DNA from: a virus
Taxonomy: Duplodnaviria > Caudoviricetes
Strand: one strand, 5' to 3'
Virus record (IMG/VR): IMGVR_UViG_3300014205_000185
Location: 53,994 to 117,993 of that record
DNA: 64,000 bases
A program made the position numbers and the translations under genes. Below the pieces are notes generated by a model, which saw only the letters and a program-made list of their open reading frames with translations, searched no databases and was not told the origin of the DNA. Within the stretch, counting starts at the first letter, position 1, and every line of letters starts with the position of its first letter. Below are positions 19,771 to 31,100 of this stretch, piece by piece.

Positions 19771-21459
19771 CTAGCAGGTAACGGCGCGCTGTACGCCGGT
19801 CGAGCCGTTGGGGCAGATGGCGATGGTGTAGACGCGACTGATTGGACAGAACCGCATAGCGCGGAAACCGTCCTCAAGGAACAGCTGCGTCACTTTGTTG
19901 GTGGCCAAGTTGACGCTGTCGTAGATGGTGTCAAGCCGGATGACGTCCTGGCGAGCGACAACCCAGGTGCCCGAGGGGTATGCCAGGAAGCTGACCTCAA
20001 TCGGAAGCGCGCAGATCGGGGTGTCCGAGCCGGGGAATGGGCCACCGGAGACACCGGTCGAGGTGAACGAGTCCTGCCAGTCGTAGACCCACTGAGCGCG
20101 AGCGTTCCGGTTGCGCAGCATCGAGTCGATCATGGCATCGGTCAGGTCTGGGTCCATCGGGCCATTGCGCCGGATCCAGTCCGCGCGCATTTGAGCCTTC
20201 AGCCAGTATGGGAAGACGAACTCAATCGTCTGGTCGCGCCGTAGACGCAGCCGGTACTGGATGTCGACCGAGGCGACCTCGACTGCCGACATGACCTGGG
20301 AGACAACCGAACCGTCCGAGGCAAACGGAGCACACGTCATGGAGACCGCGGTCGAGTCCGACACGATGTCGGCGATGATCTGACGGTTCACGTTGTGCGC
20401 CTGGGCCGCGATGGCGCCCTGGACGAAGTCCGACACGAACTCGGGGTAGCCGCGGTTCTGAAGGATGTCACCGGTCAAGCAGAGCGCCGCGACCTTCAGC
20501 CGGTCGTCCACGAAGGACGGACATGGGATCGCCACACAGGTCTTGGTGGTGTCCGCGATGACCTGGGCCTCAGTGAGGATATTGAAGCCGGTGCCGGAAC
20601 CGAAGATCGTGTCGAACTGGATGCCCTGGTTGTGCCGGATGCCGCCACGACGGGCACCGATCTCGGGAACCGAGAGCAGACCATCGGTCGTGATCTGGTT
20701 GCAGGTCGTGTAGATGGTCTCGGACGGTGCACACCAGCCGACGCCGGCCAGAAGCGAGCCACCGGGGAGCCGGGTCTCGTCACGGGCGTAGTCGATCTTG
20801 GTCATGATCGTCACGTCGTCGTCGCCATCGCTGATCGCGAAGTCGTTGCCGAACTCGCGACGAATCGTGGCCACTGTGGACTGCTGGGCGGTACCACCGC
20901 CGTGAGTGCGCGAGCGTGCGACGAAGGCGCGAGCGACCTCAAGCCAGCCGTTCAGCTCGGCGCCGGCAGCGAAGCCGGTGTCGGCGGCGGCCAGGATCCG
21001 GAACTGCGGCGAGTTGTCCTCGCCGGAAACGATCTCGCCCTCAAGAGCCTGCGGAGTGGATGCCGCGATCTCGGTGACCGTAGGGATCTTGCTGCCAGTG
21101 TCCATGACGCTCATCTCTGTGGACTTGACCTTGGCAGCCTTCTTCGCGGCCGGGGCCTCTGCGGCTTCCTCGATTTCGTCGTCTGCCATCTCGTCGTCTG
21201 CGCTGTCCTCAAGCTCCATCTTGGTGAGAGCGTTGAAGCGCGACTGGCGAGCGCGACGTGCGCTAAGTTCGTCGTCGACAAGAACCATGAAGGACTTCAG
21301 GTCCTCAAGGTTGTCGAGGTCTTCGTCGGTGGCGTTCTCTGAAGTCAGAGACTCGCGTAGCGAATCGTAGGCGGCGGCAGCCTCAAGGCCCAGGTCGCGC
21401 AAAGCAGCAACCGTGAACCGAGGAAGGCTATTGGCATCTGGAATCTCAAACTCTTCCAT
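19771..21459 (-). CDS. major capsid (hexamer-type) protein
   Basis: GWCAPSETIY, RRGGI, KTCVAIPCP, ILQNRGYPE; acidic scaffold-like N-terminus. Confidence 0.85.
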   Translation of the reverse strand: MEEFEIPDANSLPRFTVAALRDLGLEAAAAYDSLRESLTSENATDEDLDNLEDLKSFMVLVDDELSARRARQSRFNALTKMELEDSADDEMADDEIEEAAEAPAAKKAAKVKSTEMSVMDTGSKIPTVTEIAASTPQALEGEIVSGEDNSPQFRILAAADTGFAAGAELNGWLEVARAFVARSRTHGGGTAQQSTVATIRREFGNDFAISDGDDDVTIMTKIDYARDETRLPGGSLLAGVGWCAPSETIYTTCNQITTDGLLSVPEIGARRGGIRHNQGIQFDTIFGSGTGFNILTEAQVIADTTKTCVAIPCPSFVDDRLKVAALCLTGDILQNRGYPEFVSDFVQGAIAAQAHNVNRQIIADIVSDSTAVSMTCAPFASDGSVVSQVMSAVEVASVDIQYRLRLRRDQTIEFVFPYWLKAQMRADWIRRNGPMDPDLTDAMIDSMLRNRNARAQWVYDWQDSFTSTGVSGGPFPGSDTPICALPIEVSFLAYPSGTWVVARQDVIRLDTIYDSVNLATNKVTQLFLEDGFRAMRFCPISRVYTIAICPNGSTGVQRAVTC

Positions 21460-21600
21460 TGCTGGACCTCTCGGATAGCACGTAGGTAGCACGCAGCTAG
21501 CCAGGCGGCCCTCAGCACAGCCCTGGATTCAATTGAACGCAGTGTAGATCTAGGCGATATATCTGTGCAAGCAAGGAACTGCTTCACAGTTCCTTTTTTT

Positions 21601-21753
21601 CTACTTCTTTTTGACTTCGATACGGCCGTTGTGCTTGGTGGCGGCGATATCGGCTGCCACCTTGGAGGCGAATTCTTCTTTGCGGCCATCAGCCCTGGTG
21701 ACCACGTAGGTCTCGGCTGGGTTCCCACTGCTCTTTCCGCAACTGCAAGCCAT
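21601..21753 (-). CDS. small MxCxCG protein (50 aa)
   Basis: Manual translation MACSCGKSSGNPAETYVVTRADGRKEEFASKVAADIAATKHNGRIEVKKK; typical position before capsid gene. Confidence 0.7.
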   Translation of the reverse strand: MACSCGKSSGNPAETYVVTRADGRKEEFASKVAADIAATKHNGRIEVKKK

Positions 21754-21755
21754 GT

Positions 21756-21977
21756 CTACTTTCCTCTCTCCATCAAGCTCACATATCCATTGCTCCAGCC
21801 TGCGAGCTTGCTGAATGCGTCAGCTGCCGAGGCCCCTAATCGCATTCTAGACACAAAGATCGCTCGTACTCGGTCACCGCTGAACGCAACGTTTCCATTC
21901 GCATCGAGGGTTACTGTGTCACCGGTCGGCCTGGGCGATTCACCGGTCTCGTCGATCAGTTCGAGGACTCTAGTCAT
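21756..21977 (-). CDS. small WSNGY-motif protein
   Basis: 73 aa, GGAGGG RBS, directly downstream of the giant gene. Confidence 0.7.
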   Translation of the reverse strand: MTRVLELIDETGESPRPTGDTVTLDANGNVAFSGDRVRAIFVSRMRLGASAADAFSKLAGWSNGYVSLMERGK

Positions 21978-22006
21978 CTGGTCCCTCCGTCTGGGAGACT
22001 CATGTT

Positions 22007-22186
22007 ATGGCCAAGGAATCAGAAACGATCATCATGAACGATGCCGACGGGAACCCGGTCAAGGACCCGAAGAAGGCAGCCACGGCCGAGATCACTCGGG
22101 TTGACGCCAACGGCAAGGTCCGGCGCACGCTCATGCTGGGACCAGATGCCGAGCGGCAGCAGCCGTCAAGCCCTGGCGGCTGGTAG
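22007..22186 (+). CDS. small protein antisense to the head operon (59 aa)
   Basis: Manual translation MAKESETIIMNDADGNPVKDPKKAATAEITRVDANGKVRRTLMLG...; GGGAG RBS; high-GC3 codons. Confidence 0.5.
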   Translation: MAKESETIIMNDADGNPVKDPKKAATAEITRVDANGKVRRTLMLGPDAERQQPSSPGGW

Positions 22187-25100
22187 GCCGTAGCCGGGCG
22201 ATCTCCGCCAGCTGGGCGGCAGCTGACTGCGGGAAGATCTGGTCGAGAACAGCCGCCCGCTCCGGGAACAAATCCCGGAACCAGATCGGCACCCATGCGT
22301 CCTCGCCTTCGGCGTCACGGAAGATGCCTTCGCCTACTTGGCCCGTGAAGTAGAGCGAAATGGCCTCGGCAAAGTCCTCATGGATGTCAGAGGTGCCATA
22401 GTTCGTGACTCCGCGAGGAACCGGACGCGACGCATCCGGCGTTCCCCGGATGTCGGCGCTTGGTCCCTCTCCGTTCGGAACGAACCGGCGCAGCTGAGCA
22501 CCGGGCCGGTCACTCCGCGCCGCCTGCTGCCACGCGGGCGAAGTCGAGCGCAGCCGTGGGGGGACGCCTTCCTCGATGTTGTGGCCTAGCTCGTGGTCCA
22601 GGTATCGCTTGAGTCGGTCACGATCGGCTGACAGCAAGCGGTCGGTCTGCCAGATGGCAACCTCACCGTCGCCGGCCGAGGCGGCTGACCAGAAGTCGGT
22701 CAGGCCATACTTCTCCGCCATCTCAGCGTCGTTGGGGTTCGCGCCCACCATGGCGTAGTAGGCCTTCTGGTAGCCCCGGGCATCCGGCGCCAGCGAGTCC
22801 TGGTACGCGATGAGGCGATCCCGCATGAGACGCGCGCTGGCCCGTCCTTCAGGAGTGTCCGGGTGCTCGACGGTGTAGTCGACGCCGTCGCGCTTCCAGT
22901 TCGTCGCGTTCTCGATCGTGTACCCGTCTACGACCTTGCCCTGGACCTTGGTTCCCATGCTCATTCGCCGCGGAGCCGGAGAGCCCTGTCTTGACGGTAC
23001 CGATCGGGCCTGGGCTCGGGCTGTTGGCGTAGCCCGAGGAACACTCGCCTGTCCGACTGCTCCAGTGGCTGGGCGCATTGTCGAGCCGCCCGGCGTCCGG
23101 GCCAGGATGGCATCAGCCCGACCGAGAGCCGCGTCGTACCAGTCCTCATGTCCGGCAGCGACAAACTCCGGCTTCATCTCAACGAGCTTCGTCCTGGCGT
23201 CCAGAACCTCCTCGCGAGTGAAAGGCATCTTGTCGGCCCACCGGGTGGTTCCGTTCGGAGCCTCTACGGTGGTGCCATAGTGCTGAGCAAACGGGTCAAA
23301 GGAGTTTGGCGTCTGAGGCATCTGCTCACCACGGTAGGAGACTGGCGCCCCCATGAAGCTAGCCGCGTGGTCGATGCCGTGCGCGTTGCCGTCCGCGTCA
23401 ATGATGATGTTGTCGTCGTGGCGGTCGACGTTGCCAGTGATGAGATCGAGCAGGTGCAGTCGGCGACCTCTGTCGCTAGCCACCGCCTTATCGAGTCGCT
23501 CCTGATCGGACCCGCCGGCTTGCCCTGGCACCAGGTCCATGAACACGGTGTCGTCGCTGGAGCGGTAGGTGGACGGGACGTCGGCACCCATGCTTCGTCC
23601 GTACTTTGAGGACAGATCCTCAGACAGAGCCTGGTCATTGGCCGAGTAGTCCCAACCAGGGCCGTCGTCGCGACCTGTCTTCTTGCGGATCATGGGTCGC
23701 CCGTCGGCCCCGGTTACTCGATGAACGGTTGAGTAACTGCGGTCGCTAAGCCTTCGGCCCACCCTCGGCTTCCCGCTCTCTACGCTGGCCTGGAGGTCGG
23801 CCGGCGTGGCGCTTCCCTCCTTCTTCGAGGGGGTCCGGAGGGTTGCCTTCTTGGCTGCCGGTGCGCCGACCAGCTTCTCAGCGAGGGCCCGACGCAGGGC
23901 TGGCTTCGGCTGGATCGGGTCCACGCCGACGGAATCCGCCACCTCGCGCATGATGTCGAGGCCGACGTTCTTGTCCTCCATCCACGCCTCTGCCTCGTCA
24001 GGGCTATTGAACCCCCGAATCCGCTCGGCCATTCCGTCCGGGGTGTCGGGCACACCCTCGCGTGTGATGCGAGGCTTCGACGGAGCAGCTGCCGGCGACG
24101 GAACTGAAGGAGCAGCCTCGGGAGCGTTGCCAGCCCGCAGACCCTTGATCCATTCGCGCATCTGAAGGTGGACGTCGTCGCCGTGCTTGCCACCGGTCGT
24201 AACCCGATCGGCAAGACCCCACATCCGGTAGGCGCCGTCCACGCTCTCGTGATAGGTACGCAGCGGCTTTGTGATGCTGTCTTCGGCGTTACCGAGGCTG
24301 ATCTCGCCCTTCTTTTCGTCGATCTCGCGAATCGCTCGGACGACTCGATCCAGGGCGGAATCTTCTTCGGTGGTGATCCCGTATAGATGATGTCCACGAG
24401 GAGCCCTAGCGACAGGGATCTTGTGCAGATTCTCGACTAGAGCGCGCAGTGCTGGTGGAGTTCCGTCCGGCAGATCCGGTAGGTCGCCCTTGGGGATGTC
24501 CAACTCCCTGATGGCCTGGTCGAGCTTCTTCTGGAGAGCGGGGTCAGTCTCGACCGACCGCAGTCTCTTCAGTTCCTCGACCATCCGCTGTGGACCGTCG
24601 AAGTCGTTAGCGTCGTCGCCACGGTTGGTGCTGATGGAGCGACGAAGCTCCATGATCTCGTTGGCAGTGCCGTTACGACCCTTCGCGGCGTAGGCCTGAG
24701 CTAGAGTCATGCTTCTGGAGTCGCCGTGCATGAGCGAGTTATCGCCCTCGGGATCCGTGACCAGCGGGACATCTTCCTTGATGGCCGAGGTGGCGGGAGC
24801 CGCCTTCGTCGGTGCGGCTTTACGCGGCGCCTTGCTCACGGTGACGTCGAGCTGCCGGATGCCGTCAACAGTCCGGTCACGGGTCACTGTCATCTGGAGC
24901 CCGCGCTCTAGCAGGATCTCCTTGTTCTGGTCGTCCTCCTCGCCGTATCCACCAAAGCGGATCGCCTTAATGCCCTTGGGCACGTCGAGGCGAAGCATGA
25001 TGCCAGGCTTCTTCGGGTCCATGCCACTGTCGGCATAGGTCCGGGAAATATCCCGATCCACCGAGGTGGACATGAAGCCGGGGTCATCGAAGACGCGGCC

Positions 25101-28100
25101 GACCAGTGATCCCTCTCCCTCAGGGAGGTCCTTGAACTGGTCGATACTGTGTGGACGGGCGATGCCACGCCACGTGCGGACAGAGACCGGCAGCGGTGAC
25201 TCGTCCATTACCTCGTCGATGAGCTTGGTGGCCTCTGTATCTCCAGCCTCACGAACCTTCCAGGGGGACGTGTCGCCGTCTTCGATGTTGTAGCCGTGCA
25301 ACGCCTTCTCGGCCTTGGCGAGCTTCTCTGTCGACCATCCCTTTGGCGGAGCCTCGAACTCGGTGGTCATCTCCATGTCCCAGATGGAGTCGGTCGGGCC
25401 TCTCTTGTCGCGGGTAATAGTCCGGACAGTTGGCACTGCCAATGCGTCGTCACCCTCGACGAATCCGGTTGAGGTCGCGGCAGGCGTGACCTTCCTCAGC
25501 TCGGCTGTGGCCGTAGCGTTCTCCACATTGGACTTCGCTACGCCTGCCTCAACGACCTCTGGAGTGACCTCTTCTGTCGGCTTCTTGCTGCCATTGAGTT
25601 CGTCGGCGATGTCACGCAGGCGCTTGGCGTCGGACCTGCCCATGGCCTGGCGCATGCTGCCCCTGGTCGTGGCGTGCGTGTCGAGGACGTCTCGGTTGAT
25701 GACGTCCCGCCTCTCCAGCGTGTCGGCCTGGGAGCGTAGGTCCCGAGCCACAACGGCCGGGTCTTCGCCGTTGGTGATTCGACGCATGGCCTCGTCACTG
25801 GAGCCCAGGCCCTGGACCGTCTGGATCTTGCCGTCGCGGGCCTCCAGGCGGTCCAGCATCTCGGTGTAGTTGTTGCGCCGCTCCACGCCAGCCCTATCAG
25901 GACGCGGGATAGCCGTCTTCTTGGGTGCGATCTTTCTGGCTGGCGCCGCCTTGGTTACGCGCGTGGGGCTCGGGGTCGCCTGCACGGTCGGTGGTTCACG
26001 CAGCGAAGCACCTGGGTTCGGGCGTGGCACCGGAGCAGTACGGGCGCCCTCGGGTACCTCGGAGACAATGGCTCCTCGGTTGAGGATCACGTACTGTTCG
26101 TTGGCCCCATTCACCGGATCGGTGCCGAAACCCTGAGTGCCCTGCGGGACGAAGATCGCGTCATAGCCGCGAGCCATGGCGTACCGGCCCGGGTCAGCGA
26201 AGGCGACCTTCTCCGGACTGTCGTCTTCCAGCGAGAACAGGTATCGGTTGTGCTCGCGGACCAGGTCATCCCATTCGATGATCTTCGCGTCCCTGCGCAT
26301 GCCGAATCGACCCAGCGAGCCCGGGGTCTTGTCGGCATAGCCGTTGGCATGACCAAACCGGCGGGTCATATAGGTGCCGTTGCCGAAGATGCCTTCGCCC
26401 ATCCGGTACGGGCCATCCCGGAACTCTTCGTGCACCTCTGCGGCCGGCTTGCCGTATTCGCCACCCTTGGCACCACGGAACAGTCGGAAGTCGACCTCCT
26501 TGGTGCGCAGCATCCGAGTGAACTCCTCCGGTGTGACCAAAGTGGTCGGCCGGTCGAAGCCCTGCTCGGCGGCGAGAGCCTCGCCGATCGCATCGCCGCC
26601 CGTCAGCGGCCCTTCAAGCTCACCGCTATCGCTACCCCAGCCGCGTGGCGGCTTGGCGCCTGAAGCCTTGGCTCGCTCGATCGCCCTGGCAGCCACGCCT
26701 GGCTCGGCGATCAGGTCGCGGGCAACTGTTGGCCTGGTCTCCAGCTCCGCTCGACGAGCCACGTCGATGTCCTCGAAGTGAGCGACGATGGCCCTCTTGA
26801 TATCCGGCGTCTTGGCATTGCTCTGGCCGTCGACTCCAAGGTCCTTGGCCAAGGTGCGCCACGTAGCGACCGGAATCGGTTGTCCATAACGCTCTCGCCC
26901 GCGGTACGGAGTCAGGCGCCGCATCTGCGCGTCGTACACCTCCAGCATGCGGGCCCTGGCGGCAGGACTTGGGGCCTGACTCAGGTCCCGAGTAATGCCC
27001 TCAGGGTTAGGCGTCCCATCCTGCCTGATCGGCCGACTCGCCAGCTCGGCCTCTTTTTCCGCCTTACGTGCCGCCTTCCGCGCGGCGATGCGCTCATCGA
27101 GCGCCTTCCGGTCGGCTTCGATCTGCTCAGGAGTTCGGGTGTCAGGCGCCGCCTTTGGTGGCTTCTTCGGCACAGTGGGCAGACCCGTATCAGCTAGTCG
27201 CTGGGCCCGCAGATCTGCCGTCTCGTTGTAGTCATCCAGGATCGCGGTCCGGACGTCTTCAGGGCTGGACCGGTCTAGACGGTGCCCGCCAAGGAGGCCG
27301 CGAGCCAAGGTGCGCCACTGGTTGTTGTTCAGCTCGCCCAGGTCGTCGAGGACTGCGGCGCGCTCTTCCGGCGTCTTTGCTTCGATCAGCTGCTGACGAA
27401 CCTTGACAGCGTTGACCGGACCACGGAGGGCTGGCTTCTTGACCGCGGCCGGCACTGCCTTGGCGAGTTCAGCAGTGGCCTGGTCAGTCTCCAAATTGGA
27501 CTTGGCGACGCCAGCCTTGGCGACCCTCGGAGTGACCTTTGCGACCGGCTTGCTTTCCGGCGCTCCCGATCCAAATATCTCAAGGCTGTGGACGATTTCG
27601 TCGCGGGTCCGCTCTCTATCTCCCCGCAGGCCAACCGGCAGCTTGATACCGGCTGCACGGGCAACAGCCCGTAGGTCGGCCTCGTTCAGATCCTTGAGAA
27701 CTTCCGCCTTGGCGGCACGGCCATCGGCCACAGACGCGGCGTCTGCGATCTCTGTGATGCGAGCCCGACGAACCTCGGGTCCCTGCCGCTTCGGTGCCGG
27801 CATGGGTCCAGAGGAGCCGCGCCGTGGGCCCTTCGCTCCATGGCGCTTCGCGATGGTCGCGATGAGCGCGTTCTTGTTGCTGGGAACGTCGGACACGTCG
27901 ACATCAAGCTCAGCGGCGACCTTCCTCAGCTCAGCGGAGGTGAGGTTCTGTCGGTCGAGTTCGCGAACGAGATAGGCCTCGTCGCTGCGGTAGCGCAGCG
28001 CGTCGGCAACCTGCGTCTCGTGATCCGCGGCCTTGGGCGCCGCCTTCTTGACGGCGATCTTCTTAGTAGGGGCCGACGCTCTGCCGCCGCGCGGTCGCAA

Positions 28101-31100
28101 CTGCACCCCGGACTCGGTCAGAACCCGGTGCACCCACGCATACGACCGGCCGGTGGAGTTGGCCAATTCTTGGATGCTCTCGCCCGAGACGTATCGCTTG
28201 ACCAGGTCCTTCGCCAACGTCGCGCGCTCGGGGCCGAGGATTCGTCGGCCCTTGTCGGTTGCGACGGCGGCAGTGGTCTTCTTGGCGGCGACTGTCTTCG
28301 TCGGCGTAGCGGCCTTCTTCGCTGGCACCGTCTTGCGTGCCGACGGAGCGAGCACCTCCGCGATCCGGTTCATCTTCTCGTCGTCGCCATCGCCACGTAG
28401 CAACGCGCGAGCCCGGGTCTTGCTGATCCGCTTCTTCTCGATACTGCCCTTCATGACGCCGACGTGGGCGCGCTGGAGCGGAGTCAGCTCATCCCAGGAC
28501 GTGCCGGCCTGCTGGAGAATCGGCTCAAGCTCGGCGCGATTGTCTGCCTCCATTGCCTCAAGCTGACGAGCGCCGGCCGCCCTGCGCTCCTCATCCCTCT
28601 CAGCACGAGTCTTACCGGGGCCACGGATCTCGCGACGGATTGCAGCCTTGGTCTCCCGGTCGACTTCCGCCTGAGTCCGTGGGGCCGCCTTCTCTGGAGC
28701 TGCCATCTTGGCGGGCGCGGCCTTGCGTGGGCGGGTGCTGATCGCGTCGCGAATCTGCTTGCGCTGGGCCGGAGTCAGGTCCCCGTCGTCTCTCAGTAGG
28801 CCCTTCATGGCCTGTCGGACGAAGTCTGGGTGACTGGCGTACAGGTCGTCGACCAGGTCCCGGGTCAGTGGCGTCCAGCCGACCTCCCGGATCTCGGTGC
28901 CGTCCTCGGGCCCCTTGAAGTCGACATTCGCTTCGTCGCCAACGAGGTGACGGTGGCTAGCGGTGGTCTCCATCCAGGCGTTGTCGGTGTTGCGCGGATC
29001 GTCGACATATCCCTTGTAGACCTCCCGAGCCCTCGACATGTCGAGGTCGGCGCCGGTCTCTTCCTTGAACTCGCGACCCAGCGCCCGCGAGACGGTCTCT
29101 CCGTCGTCGACCATGCCACCGGGAAGTGCTCTCTGAGGCTTTCCATCGACCAGCTCGCCGCGAGTGATGGTGGCGATCTCCAGTTCGCCAGTCTCCGGGT
29201 TGATGCGCGTGACGATGTTGTCCGCGGCCGGATTCGCGCCCCACTTGCCAAGCAGACCGCGACCCTGGACGCCGGTCCGGGTGTACGGGTTGCGGGGGCG
29301 TCCCTTTGCATCGAGGGTGACTTCGCCCTCAAGGCTCGTGAATGGACGGTCGACGGCGGCCACGTCCGGCGGATCCGCCCAGCCGCCCTTCTTCTTCGTC
29401 CGGTCGTTGTCCAGGACCGTCTTCGCGGTGTAGTCAGGTGGGTTGTAGCCAGGGAACGGCGTAAACCAGTCGGCCTTGATGCCCGGCGTCCGTTGCCGCT
29501 TCGGGTAACCCTCGGGCTGCTCAGTGCGGGACTTGACCGACCGAGCAACCCGCGCGTCGCGTTGCGCGGGAGTGAGCGCGCGAGCCTTCTTGGCGGGCGC
29601 GCTCTTCGCCTCCTGGTCAAAGGCTTCGATCTGGTCGGCTGCCTTGCGCAGGCTCGCCGCCGACTTGCGCATGCGCGCCTGCACGATGGGATCAGTCCGC
29701 CGCGAAGCGTCATCCTCCGTCCGGGCGGCTCGCTCACGCAGGAGGGCTGGATCCCGGTCCTGTTCAATGGCGTGCTTTACCGCAACGTCGCCCAAGACCG
29801 GTGTCGAGTGCTCGTACGCCAGCTGGTCAATGAACCGGTCGCGCGCCCGCTCCTGTGTGGACTTCCGGGGTGCAGCCTTCTTGGCAGGGGCGGCCTTAGC
29901 CGGAGCTGCGGCCTTAGCCTTGCGCCACGCCTCGACCTGAGTGAAGTTTGAGTCTGCGAAATCCTTAGCCTCGGCTGGCGTTAGTCCCTTCCTGTCGGCC
30001 AGGAGGTACTTCTTCTTCCAGTGCTCCGACGCTCCCTCGGGCAGCCCCCGCTCGCGCAACGCCTTGACAATGCGGTCCTTGATCTGAGTCTGAGTGAGAT
30101 GGCCACCCATGGCCTCGGGGATGCCGGCCTTACCAGCGACTTCACGCTGTCGGGCGCTAGGCAGTCCATGTAGGACGCGGCCGACGGCCAGAGTAAGCCC
30201 GATATCGCCAAGGTTGGCTGCATCGATATCCCGCAGCGCCTTACCAAGCTCATCATCGGTTGGTGGGACCCTGACGGGCCGTGGCGTCTCGGTGAACCGG
30301 CTTACCAGAGTTCGAGCTGAGGTGACATACGGAGCAGTCCCGCCACGAACGGTGGAACCCATGCTGTCCCGAAACGTCTGCGTGTCACCGCTGTCTGCGA
30401 TTCGGCGCAGGTTGGCCAGAACCTTAGTGCGTTCGTCGTCGGGTAGCGCATCGAAATCGACCCGGGACATGGACTCGCGCTGACGAACGTACGCCCGACG
30501 GTCCGTCGGGCGAGCGATCTCGCGTGGGAGTTCAGGCTCTCGCTCCGGTGTAACGTCGCCGGCACCCCGGCCGCCGATGTTGCCCTTGGCGAGGAAGAAC
30601 GCCTCATCGTGCTGGAGTCCCCGGTCGCGCCGGTCCTCGTAGATGGCGCGCTCGCGAGGCGTCAGGGTGTCGACCTGGCGCCGTTGGGCCGGGGTCAGTG
30701 TCCAGCGAGGGGTACCAGCCCTTGGCGCTGGAGGCTCTCCCAGATCGATTTCGCGTCGAGCTGCTCCGGTGTCGCCAGCCACTGGCCGACGGGGTGCCGA
30801 CTGAGCGCTCAGGGAGGCCGCGATCCGGTTCATCGGAGAATCGGTCGGCTCGTCAATACGACGGAGGCGACGAGCTGCCGCGTCCGGCGTGATGACCTCA
30901 CGGCGGACTTCGTCTCCGACCGCGGTCAGCGCAATGCGATCCATGTCGCCAAGGTCGGAGTTCTTGACCTGGGCGGACTTCAGCCAGCCGTCGGTGAGCT
31001 TCTTCGTGGCCCGCATCTCCAGACGGTCCCGGGCGGCAGCGACGCGCAGCTCTTGCGCGGACGGCAGGGCGGGAGCTGGAGCAGCTGCTCTCTTGGCTGC

